This document shows positions 8,901-17,812 of a stretch of DNA of 64,000 nucleotides, piece by piece; the first letter of the stretch is position 1; every line of letters starts with the position of its first letter. Made by a program: the position numbers and the translations under genes. This DNA comes from a bacterium (lineage in GTDB: Bacteria > Electryoneota > JAOADG01), in the NCBI GenBank assembly GCA_963681965.1, contig OY820579.1:1248001-1312000 (forward strand). Reading direction: 5' to 3'. The notes below the pieces were generated by a model. It did not search any database, had not been told where the DNA came from, and was given only the letters and a program-made list of their open reading frames with translations.

Positions 8901-10773
8901 TTTTCCGCCTTGGGACTGGGAACTGCGAGGTTCCAATGCCGAACGGATGGACTGGGAACCATACCGCGACTCGGTTGAGCAGTATAGCGCGGCAGTTTTC
9001 CGCTGTTACGAGGACAATATTGGAAATCGCGCGGGTGAACTGGTTTCGCCACCCATGGAGCTAGGGGAAGCGGCGGCAATCCGACTCACATTTCAGATCA
9101 GTTATACGCCGCGTGCAATATCCGGCAACGATTCCTTGATTGTGTATGCGTTCGACAACGTCCTCTATACCCGGACACCATTGATCACTCTGGCGACGAA
9201 TGGTTCCGGATTAGATGGACTGACTGGTGGTAGCGGTGGTACACCGGGAATGCCCGCTCCGCGATCGACTTGGCGGACGATCGAAAAGACTTTCCTAGCG
9301 AATCAACTTCCAATCAGTTCATTCCAATTTGAGATTTATGCCAAGAGTGCGCAGGGGTCAAACATCTACTTTTCAGAACTTGGTGTCTATCGGGACTATC
9401 CTCCCGGTTCACCCAGTAACGCTTATGTGGACAATCGGTTCGATACGCGCCTGCGAGTGAGTTGGGTCGATCAATCGTATAACGAGACCTCATTTATTTT
9501 AAATTACTCAACCGACAATTCTACTTGGTCACCGGACTTCTCCGTTGCAGCCAATGAAACTACGCATACTTTCAATTCACTGCAGGCGGCGCAGCAATAT
9601 TATTTCCGCATTCGCGCCGATCTCAATGGTCTCTCGTCGGAAACCTTCGCCGCGGCTTCCGGTTGGACGCTGCCCTCAATTCCGAATAATCCCATGAGTC
9701 GCTTTGCCGGTTGCATGACCGTCACAATCCAGCCGGTGAACAGCCTCGCAGTACCTAATTCATCACTAGCCGAGTATAACATCCAGGAACTGACTACCAA
9801 CAGATTTGTTCAAAGCGATGGAACGCTGGGAATGACAGCAGTATGGCAAACACTGGAACAGTGGACTGATTCAGTTGTGGTGCGTGATCTATTCGCATAC
9901 AATAGTTATCAATTTGCTACTTCGGCGCGTAATCCCAATGGCGATGTTGCGGCAATGCCATCCGTACCGCTGACGATGATGACGCGACCATTGTTCCAGT
10001 TACCGCTTAGCCGTGATTTCAGTACCGATGAATTTCCACCACCGCTATGGGAAATTGAAAACCCGAATGATCTCATCGGCTGGGAACGACTCACCGGTTT
10101 CAATTGCAACAACGGTGTTGCAATAATTGAGCAATATCATAATTCGGAACTCGGAGATCGTGATATCCTCTGGACACCGTTTATTAATATGACCACTGCC
10201 GACAGTGCGCAATTTTCGTTTCGGTGGTCCTACACACGCTGGCTAAACTTTAACGATTCACTCCAAGTGATTGTTCAGGATCAATACGGTGTGTCTTGGA
10301 TATTGTTAACGATGTCGGCTTTGGGTAGTGGAGCAGACTCGCTTCCGTCTGGATTTGGTGGTAGCGCGCAATTACCGGCGAATGCAGGCACGTGGCGGCA
10401 AGCGGTAATCAATATCCCGCCTGGAATTTTCGCACAGCGTTATTTACGGTTCGGAATTGTTGCAATCAGTCAGTACGGAGCAAACATTTACATCGACGAC
10501 ATCGCTGTTGATCCGATGCTGCAGCAATCACCCGGCGAGCCAACGAATGTTACGATTTCATACACCAATCCGAATGCTGTTATTTACTGGCAGGCACCTT
10601 CGTTTGGGACAGTAACCGGTTATCGCATCTACCGCAGTAACACTGGTTATTTCACTCCACCAAGTGTTGGCACTTTAATCGGTGCAACGACAGCTACAGT
10701 TCATGAATTTACCATTACAAATGTGAGAGGGCAGTATTACTATCGTGTGACTTCAATCAACGGAACACCTTGA
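5917..10773 (+). CDS. Secreted S8 (subtilisin-like) serine peptidase with FN3 and beta-sandwich repeats
   Basis: Catalytic triad motifs IDTGVD, HGTHVCG, GTSMACP; AAAGND; DDDGNGFVDD Ca-binding loop; FN3 motifs WDNLSNNETGF, WVDQSYNETSF. Confidence 0.92.
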   Translation: MRLSISIYLAMLLISQPLASTLKPGIDYMPNLIEFKLTAEFNRTVNKASDGHINYPTGNKSIDVMMQKYNIKQLKPIFTFDPISLKSEHFWALGMDRYYLFRSGLSKPSAFGSETVLDVSTALKSLTSLIEEADPAAIYQPCYTPNDWTIQSNPYSPGDPMWGLDSMHCPQAWDYWRGDPNSNPVLVVTIDTGVDLYHEDLVANFKVNTAEDLNHNGRYDENDLNGIDDDGNGFVDDVVGYDFVDNDTYWLSGVQNVPGEDYSPRDGTPMDFNGHGTHVCGTVAAHTDNTVGVPSASYSVNTIAVRAALACRLNGTNNLTARFVSSDVAPAIQYAVNRGARVLSLSFGGSSTSHAQEVALGYAHHQGNCLPFAAAGNDNTSNSTYPADYPEVLKVAALSFGNVKADYSNYSSNVAVCAPGDVILSTTVRNSYNVNNGYGLSSGTSMACPNAAAVAGFILSMVPTLDHDTLGVVMMRTGHDPSQWNNSSYNGMLGKLVDAAAAIRSLRPLGLTSPVYDSLTLTVGNALVLQWTSVPSITTTRVEINRNYPTGAWQVICGNAPNTGSAVWIVDGIAGDHMRFRVLDADNPSQNGDTTRVDSRVMAQRQLPLIENFSLHSFPPPGWTIVPTPEILLSGWSRYDGNNGNNGVASCPTNYSVRRRYELWSQSFSTIGVSAVTVRFKLSCSLSGNDQLDDSLMIAYEANPQLPYQVAAVKRTRGTGDEWIFYGTGGDVNTPASSDWGTWEVQLPNFATQSSSVRIGLLGTNYRTDRPNFFIDDFEVQPFALVVGPSMCWYTALTGNSVSLAWDNLSNNETGFLVQRSTDGVNFVTRGTTNPNVTSFTDNTLIPGTMYYYRVFALSGTMQSTRSAALTLTSPPAIPLAPILGNVGTTMLELTPRNAANNANNPGIGYMIYVLDDQNNWWVQGDNTLGYTPVALQLSEWGTRRITGLTPGHTVQIGVHATTTDHVSSAMSPTVTAQLVTAWNPPLVQNFGTTDFPPWDWELRGSNAERMDWEPYRDSVEQYSAAVFRCYEDNIGNRAGELVSPPMELGEAAAIRLTFQISYTPRAISGNDSLIVYAFDNVLYTRTPLITLATNGSGLDGLTGGSGGTPGMPAPRSTWRTIEKTFLANQLPISSFQFEIYAKSAQGSNIYFSELGVYRDYPPGSPSNAYVDNRFDTRLRVSWVDQSYNETSFILNYSTDNSTWSPDFSVAANETTHTFNSLQAAQQYYFRIRADLNGLSSETFAAASGWTLPSIPNNPMSRFAGCMTVTIQPVNSLAVPNSSLAEYNIQELTTNRFVQSDGTLGMTAVWQTLEQWTDSVVVRDLFAYNSYQFATSARNPNGDVAAMPSVPLTMMTRPLFQLPLSRDFSTDEFPPPLWEIENPNDLIGWERLTGFNCNNGVAIIEQYHNSELGDRDILWTPFINMTTADSAQFSFRWSYTRWLNFNDSLQVIVQDQYGVSWILLTMSALGSGADSLPSGFGGSAQLPANAGTWRQAVINIPPGIFAQRYLRFGIVAISQYGANIYIDDIAVDPMLQQSPGEPTNVTISYTNPNAVIYWQAPSFGTVTGYRIYRSNTGYFTPPSVGTLIGATTATVHEFTITNVRGQYYYRVTSINGTP

Positions 10774-10954
10774 GGATTGCGCTATATTCGAATAGCAGAA
10801 AATTAATTTTACCTTTTGTCATTTGAATCAATGACGAATTGATAATCTCAAGCGAGAGTAATAGCTTCGTTAGAAGCTCGATGGTTATATCGGATGATAA
10901 CCGTCTTGAATACGATAGCGATGAAGTAATAAAATACCGCTATTCGTGAATTTT

Positions 10955-10990
10955 CGCCCGTTTCGCTATTGCGAAGCGGGCGTCTTATTT
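10955..10990 (+). terminator. Probable intrinsic terminator
   Basis: Hairpin CGCCCGTTTCGC-tatt-GCGAAGCGGGCG followed by TCTTATTT. Confidence 0.5.
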
Positions 10991-11310
10991 CAACCACAAA
11001 AAGAAATCATCAGATATTGAATTAATATTGTCACTCTTACCATCTATGTCAGGCAGTGGACGTTTCTGACATCCACTTCCATTTTGCACCGCTAACACCA
11101 ATGAGGGTAACAGAATGGTTTACCGAACGATCACGATACCCATAGTTACCACTCGGTAGATTACTTACATTCTAAATGCGATCCGAAAATCTGACTGTTC
11201 GATCTGAAGCAGATAAGCTCTACACAGTTGTTAACAGTAGGAAGGTAAAGAAGGTTCGACTCATGAGTAGCTCCCTTCGGGTTTGTTAGAATTTCTATCA
11301 GCGATTATTC

Positions 11311-11491
11311 TCATTTAAGAAGAATCATTTTTTTTGTTACAGTATCGTGAGCCGTTTTTAATTGGTAAAAATATGTGCCCGATGAAAGCGATTTACCATC
11401 AACTAAACATACATATCTGCCCGGTTTAAAAAATTTATTGAAGACATTTTTCACTTCTCGACCCTGTAAATTGTAAATATTCAAACTGACG
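11311..11491 (-). pseudogene. Orphan 3' remnant of a T9SS-A-like CTD gene cut at the IS end
   Basis: VSLNIYNLQGREV...LSSGTYFYQL...KKMILLK begins exactly at the IS terminus (11492); the ORF-track start lies inside the IS. Confidence 0.8.
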
Positions 11492-11525
11492 TGATCTGCC
11501 CCCATTATTTGTACCAGTGTCTATG

Positions 11526-12401
11526 TCACACTGGTCTCATTCCTGCGTAGCGTAGCGGAGCAGGAATGAGTGGTAACTCTGTTTCCGGTGCCGGCGGCAG
11601 ATAGCCCAAAGAGCTGTGCGGTCGAATCGTATTGTAATGGTGCCGCCATTGTTCGATAATCACCTTTGCTTCCAATATGGTATCAAAGATTTCACCCTTC
11701 AGCAACAGTTTCAACCGACAGTTAAAACTTTCGATGTATCCGTTTTCCCACGGGCTGCCAGGCGTAATAAACAAGGGTTGCACATCAACCCGGGGCAGCC
11801 ACGCTAGTACCTCATTCGCCGTAAACTCAGGGCCATTGTCACTACGAACATGAATCGGTGTACCTCGTACTACAAACAGTTCTTCCAGTACGCAAAGAAC
11901 ATCATCCGCCTTGATCTTCCGGGCTACCAGGATCGCAAGGCATTCCCGGGTGTATTCGTCCATGATCGCAAAGATCTTGAACGAACGACCATTCGACGTA
12001 TGCCACGTGACAAAGTCGAAGCTCCAGACATGATCCGGATGTTCCGGACGTAGACGGATGCAGGAACCATCATTCAGCCACAGTCTTCGACGCTTCTTCT
12101 GCTTCTTCGGGACCTTCAGTCCGGACTGTCGCCAGATCCGTTCCACCCGTTTGTGGTTTACCCGCCAGCCGATGTTACGGATCATCGCCGTTACGATCCG
12201 GTAGCCATACCCGCCATACTGGCAAGCCAGAAATACCACCAGCGAGACCAACGGGCCTTCGTCGGCACGACGAAGCGGTGCATACCGGTGACTCGTTCGT
12301 GGTTCGCAAAGAACCGTACAGACCCGTCGTTCCGAGACCCGATCAATGCCCAGCGAATGGCGAACAGTAAGCGCAGTCTCGCGACGCTTCGCCGGGCACA
12401 C
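11526..12401 (-). CDS. IS3 transposase OrfB (DDE/rve)
   Basis: YGYR, WSFDF, SDNGPEF, PWENGYIESFN, YNTIRPHSSLGY. Confidence 0.95.
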   Translation of the reverse strand: MCPAKRRETALTVRHSLGIDRVSERRVCTVLCEPRTSHRYAPLRRADEGPLVSLVVFLACQYGGYGYRIVTAMIRNIGWRVNHKRVERIWRQSGLKVPKKQKKRRRLWLNDGSCIRLRPEHPDHVWSFDFVTWHTSNGRSFKIFAIMDEYTRECLAILVARKIKADDVLCVLEELFVVRGTPIHVRSDNGPEFTANEVLAWLPRVDVQPLFITPGSPWENGYIESFNCRLKLLLKGEIFDTILEAKVIIEQWRHHYNTIRPHSSLGYLPPAPETELPLIPAPLRYAGMRPV

Positions 12402-12676
12402 TATTTTCCCTTGAGAGCCTCCTGCAGGATCTCTTTGTCCAAGGTCAGATCAGATACGACCTTCCGAAGACGGCCATTCTCGCGTTCCAGTTCCTTCAAA
12501 CGCTTCGCCTGATCCAGCTTCAAACCACCGTATTCCTTGCGCCAGTGGTAGTAAGTATGTTCCTGGATGCCCAACTTCCGGCAAACTTCACGGACGCTCA
12601 TCCCCTTCCCAATCTCAACTTCCGCTTCACGAAGCATCGGGATAATCTGCTCCGCAGTTCGCTTCACTCCACGCAT
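12401..12676 (-). CDS. IS3 transposase OrfA (HTH)
   Basis: EQIIPMLREAE...VCRKLGI...YYHWRKEYGG...RLKELERENGRL; G-GGA-AAA slippery site before the stop gives a -1 fusion to OrfB. Confidence 0.93.
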   Translation of the reverse strand: MRGVKRTAEQIIPMLREAEVEIGKGMSVREVCRKLGIQEHTYYHWRKEYGGLKLDQAKRLKELERENGRLRKVVSDLTLDKEILQEALKGK

Positions 12677-12766
12677 GAAAACCTCCCATAAAAGGTACTA
12701 CTCTGACATAGAGAGTGGTACTACTTTCGGGGGCTAGATCAATGAAAGAAAAAAGAGCAATACAAA

Positions 12767-13426
12767 ATGATGAAATCCAGTAAAGACATGGGCTCCAATA
12801 AAAAAAACTGCGCAAACAAGCCCGCGCTACCGGTTTCAGTTTCGAATACGCAAGGAAGCGTAAATGAGAAGCAGACGTTGAATGGTGCTGTGATCTGTGG
12901 TGTGGTTTCGAAGAAAGGAAGCCCATGCAGCCGACCAGCAATGGCGAACGGACGTTGCCGTTTTCATGGTGGAAAGTTGATCGGTGCAATCATGGTTCGA
13001 CCTGGAAATCGCAATGCTGTCAAGCATGGTGCATTTCTGCCTGATATCCAAGACGAGCGCGAACAGAATGCGTTCGATCTGTTCCTGTCTGATCTGTACG
13101 AAGTCTTCCCGGATTTGAACAAAGCAAGCGATCTCCGGCATGCGCAGCTCGCTGCCATTACCTATATCCGTTTGCTACGTGCGCTTTGGGGCGAAGCGTC
13201 AAGCTCTACGATAGACGATCTATCCCGAGCGTTCACGCGGCACCTGGCGGCAATACGGGTAAACCGTGACCAACGAGTGAGCGAGACCGATGCCCACGCA
13301 GGTCCGAGATCGCCTGCCGAATATGCGGTCGAGATCATTCAGCAGGTTCGGATGTATTCGAAGGGGGGCGCTGCTCCAGTTTCAATCGATCCAGTTTTAC
13401 TCGGGTTGGACGTAGAAAATGACTGA
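12767..13426 (+). CDS. HGGxSTG-type / terminase small subunit-like phage protein
   Basis: CG...KKGSPC...GRCRFHGGK and GNRNAVKHG motifs. Confidence 0.6.
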   Translation: MMKSSKDMGSNKKNCANKPALPVSVSNTQGSVNEKQTLNGAVICGVVSKKGSPCSRPAMANGRCRFHGGKLIGAIMVRPGNRNAVKHGAFLPDIQDEREQNAFDLFLSDLYEVFPDLNKASDLRHAQLAAITYIRLLRALWGEASSSTIDDLSRAFTRHLAAIRVNRDQRVSETDAHAGPRSPAEYAVEIIQQVRMYSKGGAAPVSIDPVLLGLDVEND

Positions 13427-14105
13427 GATGCTTCAGGGGCTAAAGTGTCATAATCCTATCGCTTACGTTTTCAAAGCGATAGGATTGAATGATTCTAATC
13501 AGGATTATAATAATCTGGATTATAATCTTTCAGCACACAAGCGTGCCAGGTGGGCTGGTCAGAATAGCCAAATCAAGTGTCGCCAGAAAAACGGAAAATA
13601 CCCATCGCAGAACATCGCAAATTCGCTTCGAGAAATCGAGACTTACGATCTAACTCGTGAATTTGTCAGCACTGAATCGGTATTCTACGATTGTGATCCG
13701 CTCGGGTTGGCAGCTGCGTCGTCGTGGAGTTCTGTTCAAATTCCAACGTGTGTCTGCTGTGTCCAGAACGTGTCAGAAGGTCGCTCTGATCGAAAATACA
13801 AAGACTTAGCAGATTTGCTGGTATGTCACTACGGCGAATGTGTTCAAACGGCAAATGTGGAATATGGAAATAATTATGGATCGAACAGCACAACTCGCGA
13901 TAAATCAAAGAGTTGGCGATCTGTTCGAATATGTTCTGTCACCGCAGTGAAGCTTCGTCGGCCCAAGGTCTGGATCGTTCAATCGCAACCACAAAACGCA
14001 ACCGGCAAAGCTCGAAGCGAAAAACGCAGGGTAGCCCCAAAGGGGGTGTCTGGCACGGTATTAGGGTCGAAAATCCGAGTCACCAGTGAAACTCAGGTTC
14101 GAAAC

Positions 14106-14330
14106 TCAGTGGGCGAGCTTCTTCAGCGTTTCCTCATGCTCTTTCCTCAGCTGTTTCGTTGCGCTGGCAACCCTTTTATCGTGGCTCCGATGCACTGGTC
14201 TGATTATCAGCTCGGTTCCATTGGTGGTTACATCCAACACAGAATCTTCGTCGATTTTCAGTATTTCGAGGATGGGACGCTCAATCACAAGTACCAAGTT
14301 ATCTTCGATGGAAACCAATCGCTTACGCAT
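14106..14330 (-). CDS. AbrB/MazE/SpoVT-family antitoxin-like protein
   Basis: MRKRLVSIEDNLVLVIERPILEILKID...LIIRPV...HEETLKKLA, typical of Doc-associated AbrB antitoxins. Confidence 0.7.
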   Translation of the reverse strand: MRKRLVSIEDNLVLVIERPILEILKIDEDSVLDVTTNGTELIIRPVHRSHDKRVASATKQLRKEHEETLKKLAH

Positions 14331-14402
14331 GTGAAGCACCTTCTTAGACTTGCGGATTGCTCTTTTCACCTTTGGTATAGTCCTTATCAATTGTTACTGG
14401 AG

Positions 14403-15614
14403 TTACAGCGCCCCAAAAGGCACAGCCAGATTTCCATTCCCCAATGGTATGATCTCATTACCGAGATGAATCACATATCCGGGCTGCGCTTGATCACCGT
14501 AAATACTGCGAAAGGTCTCGATACCCTTTGCCATTTCTGGTCGCGGGGTAGAAGTCTGTTTAATCTCTATCGGAATCAGTTTCATTCCGGATTCGATCAC
14601 GAGGTCCACTTCGTTCCCTTCCGATGTGCGCCAGAAATAAAGACGCGGCTCGAAACCTCGATGAGCATACCGGCGGTAGATTTCGCAAACGACTGCCGTT
14701 TCGACAATCGCTCCACTCATCACATTGCTCTTGGCTTGTTCTTCAGTCTGGAGTCCAGCAAGATGGCAGAGCAGTCCGGTATCGAGGACAAAAAGCTTAG
14801 GACTTTTAACCAAGCGTTTTCCAGCATTCCTGAAGTAAGGTGGCAGGATCAGAACTTGGTAGGTGGCTACCAAAATCGAAAGCCATGCCTTGATCGTGTT
14901 CAGCGATACACCGAGTTCTTTGGAGATTTCGGACAAGTTCGTGAGCTGAGAACTCCGAAGCATGATGGTTTGCAGGAAAACTTGAAACAGGTGCAGGTCA
15001 CCCAGTTGCCTGAGTATTCGGACATCCCGCTCGAGGTACGTCTGGACATAACTGTCGAACCAGAGTGCAGCATTGGCGCGTGGTCGCAAAGCAATGTCGG
15101 GATAACCACCACGCAGGATCGACCGCCAGTTGTCATTCGGAATGACTTGACCGGGCTTGAGTGCCTTCTTTCGCTCCCAAGGAAAAGTGTCATCTTCATC
15201 TTTGAGCAGTTCTTTTCTGGTGAAAGGAAACAGCCGAAGGATGGCGATACGACCCGCGAGACTTTCGGTGACGTGTTGCGACAACAGCAGATTTTGCGAT
15301 CCGGAGAGAAAGTACTGTCCCTTCAGAGCGCGGTTTTCATCAATCCGATTCTTGATGTCCGGGAGCAGTTCCGGAACATTTTGGATCTCATCGAAGATGA
15401 CTGGTGGCGAGTAACTGTCAAGAAAGCCAACGGGATCGTTCTTCGCGGCGACTTTATGCAATGGGGTGTCGAGGGACACGTACTTAGCGCTCGTCCCGAA
15501 CACATGCTTGAGCATGGTAGTTTTGCCAACCTGGCGCGGACCAGTCACGCTGACTGCGGGAAATTCTTCGGCAGCGCGAAGCAGTGTCGATTCCAATGTT
15601 CGGTGATAGTACAT
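14403..15614 (-). CDS. AAA+ ATPase (AAA_14) with DUF4143 / PD-(D/E)XK-like C-terminus
   Basis: GPRQVGKT, IFDEIQ, SGS, ESLAGR, GGYP, YLERD, KSPKLF.DTGL, EVDLV...PIEIK. Confidence 0.9.
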   Translation of the reverse strand: MYYHRTLESTLLRAAEEFPAVSVTGPRQVGKTTMLKHVFGTSAKYVSLDTPLHKVAAKNDPVGFLDSYSPPVIFDEIQNVPELLPDIKNRIDENRALKGQYFLSGSQNLLLSQHVTESLAGRIAILRLFPFTRKELLKDEDDTFPWERKKALKPGQVIPNDNWRSILRGGYPDIALRPRANAALWFDSYVQTYLERDVRILRQLGDLHLFQVFLQTIMLRSSQLTNLSEISKELGVSLNTIKAWLSILVATYQVLILPPYFRNAGKRLVKSPKLFVLDTGLLCHLAGLQTEEQAKSNVMSGAIVETAVVCEIYRRYAHRGFEPRLYFWRTSEGNEVDLVIESGMKLIPIEIKQTSTPRPEMAKGIETFRSIYGDQAQPGYVIHLGNEIIPLGNGNLAVPFGAL

Positions 15615-15713
15615 GGTCGTTCCTTACTCGAAAACACCTGCAATATTGCATTTGAAATGCAATTCTGCAAGTGTTTTCAGCTTGAACTCAAAATACAAAG
15701 CAGTGACAATCAC

Positions 15714-16240
15714 TTAGTTAGCGTTCGTCGTGCGGCTTTCCATCGCATCTTCCAACGACTCGTCGGTGACGTGGGCATAAATCTGCGTATGGACGATACT
15801 GCGATGCCCGAGCGCTTTCTGGACTACGAGGATATCGTGGTTCTTAGCATACAACGAAGTTGCGAAAGTGTGCCGGAGTTTGTGGGGAGTGACTTGCTTC
15901 TGGATACCTGCTCGTTTTACCCACTTCGATACAACGACTTGAAATCCCCGGGTAACCATTCGACCGTATTGCTGGTTGACGAAAAGAGCATGCATGTTGC
16001 TGTCAGGTGCGAAGTGCTTTCGTTCACCTTGGATGTATTGATCAATGGCCTCGCGTGTAATCGATGGCAGAAATTTGCGAATGGGGTTACCCCCCTTTGC
16101 TCGCTTTATGAAGAGATGTTTGTCGACAATATCTGTCAGTTCGATTTGTGCCAGTTCACCTACCCGAATTCCGGTATCGAGCAGCACTCGGATAATTGCG
16201 TAGTCCCGTTGCTGGTGAACATTGCGTGTATGATCTCGCA
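15714..16240 (-). pseudogene. Tyrosine recombinase, catalytic half only (5'-truncated)
   Basis: RDYAIIRVLLDTGIRVGEL, KGG, HKLRHTFAT, LGHRSIVHTQIY; the N-terminal core-binding domain is missing. Confidence 0.85.
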
Positions 16241-17812
16241 GACATCGAGAACAACGATACGACTCTTTCCGATAGTGATATCGATGGATTGCTTGCAGAG
16301 AACAGTAAAGCGGGAAGCTTTGTTCAAGACAACTTCAAGGGTTTGTTTTTCGCCAAGGGTGTGCATGCCGCCATTGATAATATCCGCACCAACATTGACG
16401 ATCTTCGAGGCTACAAAAAAGACATTGCACTCTTTGCACTGGCGAAAGCGTGTATCAGTGGCAAGGGGGGGTTCGGACATTTCCAGTCGTCGGTTCGGTA
16501 CGGCAAGTTCGAAGATACTCTTGCTGAGTTTACGAAGCGATTCCGTGATAACTGTGTAACGATCAATCAACTCGTGTTCGACAACAAGAAAGAAAATCGT
16601 GCAGAAAACTCTACTATCGATGAGTTGCTACCGGGTGTTAAAGTTGATCTAGCCTATTTCGATCCACCGTATGCTACTGAGTTTTCAACAACGAATTATG
16701 AGAGTTCTTATCACTTTATCGAAGGATTGATGACCTACTGGAAAGGTCTTACGATCAACGACGATAGTGCTACCCACAAATTTTTTGAAATTGAAGAACA
16801 AACTGTTACCCAGAATAGCGCTGATACATTTTTTGAAATATTCCTGAGAGGCGCACAAGGGATCAGTTGTTGGATTATCTCATACCGTGATCACGCATTT
16901 CCAAACGAAGCGAAGATCAAATCGCTCATCTCGGATTCTGGAAAAGTATCTAGGATGTTCTCGAAGGATCATTCTTACCAATTGGCTGGAAACGATCGTC
17001 ATGGTGAAGCATCGCAAGCGAAGGAACATATCTTCGTATGTGGTCCTACCGAAACCGCGATCCGTTCGCAAGCAGATTGGGAAGAGGAAGCAAAGTCGAT
17101 TTCTCAATGGCAGCCAGTGACTGCCTCGTCGATCGCTTCAACAAGCAGATTGCATTGCTCGACTATAAATGCTGACATCAAACTGGTGTCTGAAGCAGAA
17201 GATAGTATTGAGAGTCCCACCGATCCGGAGTTTGTGTTCGTTTTGACTCATGTCGGGACGAATCTAAACGGCGACAATTTTACCCGTGACGAACTGATTA
17301 AAGCTGCACCGACAGCGATTACCCGAAAAGTTGATCTCAAGCATTCGCAGGATCTCACTGACATCGTAGGTGGTATTACCGATTCCCAGTGGAAAGACGA
17401 GGATGGCGGTCTCGTTGAATGTACCGGTCGTCTCTTCGTTGCTGACAATCCGCACGCACAACTCGCCTACCGGCTCATGAAGGAAGGTATTGTTAAGCAG
17501 GTCTCGATGGAATGCCAGTATGATGCTGGTGAATGTTCGATCTGCGGCAAGAAGTTTTCATCGAAGTCCGATTACTGTATCCATCTTCGCAAATACAAAG
17601 GTGCCATCTATCAGGGTAAACCAGTATTTGAAATCCTTCGCGGTGTCGTGTTTACCGGTGTGGGATTGCTATCCGATAAAGGTGCCGACGAGCGTGCGGT
17701 TATCCGTTCCATTGCGGAAACAGGAGTCAAAATGAAAACGCAGGCATTGTCTTTTTCTGAATATTTCCTCCAGCAACAGCGTAGCATGACGCTGTGGGAC
17801 ATCGTGGGATGA
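16196..17812 (+). CDS. DNA adenine methyltransferase (D12/Dam-like, 5'-truncated) fused to phage prohead protease
   Basis: DLAYFDPPY...YHFIEGL...IISY (MTase), then NGDNF..ELIKA..VDLKH..IVG..VSMEC..CSICG..CIHL..FTGVGL...ADERA (capsid maturation protease with Zn ribbon). Confidence 0.75.
   Translation: MRSPVAGEHCVYDLADIENNDTTLSDSDIDGLLAENSKAGSFVQDNFKGLFFAKGVHAAIDNIRTNIDDLRGYKKDIALFALAKACISGKGGFGHFQSSVRYGKFEDTLAEFTKRFRDNCVTINQLVFDNKKENRAENSTIDELLPGVKVDLAYFDPPYATEFSTTNYESSYHFIEGLMTYWKGLTINDDSATHKFFEIEEQTVTQNSADTFFEIFLRGAQGISCWIISYRDHAFPNEAKIKSLISDSGKVSRMFSKDHSYQLAGNDRHGEASQAKEHIFVCGPTETAIRSQADWEEEAKSISQWQPVTASSIASTSRLHCSTINADIKLVSEAEDSIESPTDPEFVFVLTHVGTNLNGDNFTRDELIKAAPTAITRKVDLKHSQDLTDIVGGITDSQWKDEDGGLVECTGRLFVADNPHAQLAYRLMKEGIVKQVSMECQYDAGECSICGKKFSSKSDYCIHLRKYKGAIYQGKPVFEILRGVVFTGVGLLSDKGADERAVIRSIAETGVKMKTQALSFSEYFLQQQRSMTLWDIVG

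Larger units (their letters stand above)
11492..12741 (-). mobile_element. IS3-family insertion sequence (IS407-like), copy 1, 1250 bp
   Basis: TG...CA ends with imperfect IRs (TGATCTGCCCCC / TGATCTAGCCCCC); orfA+orfB; matches 33591..34840. Confidence 0.95.

Noticed and set aside
11045-11080. Overlapping inverted repeats ATGTCAG/CTGACAT and AGTGGA/TCCACT (pseudoknot-like)
   Set aside because: Stems are short, there is a single copy, and there is no supporting context.
13419-16559. 1046-aa plus-strand ORF after the TerS-like gene (possible TerL)
   Set aside because: No Walker A/B or nuclease motifs. It is the codon-aligned antisense of three recognisable minus-strand genes. Only the first ~230 codons (ATG overlapping the TerS stop) could be real, and these are unrecognisable.
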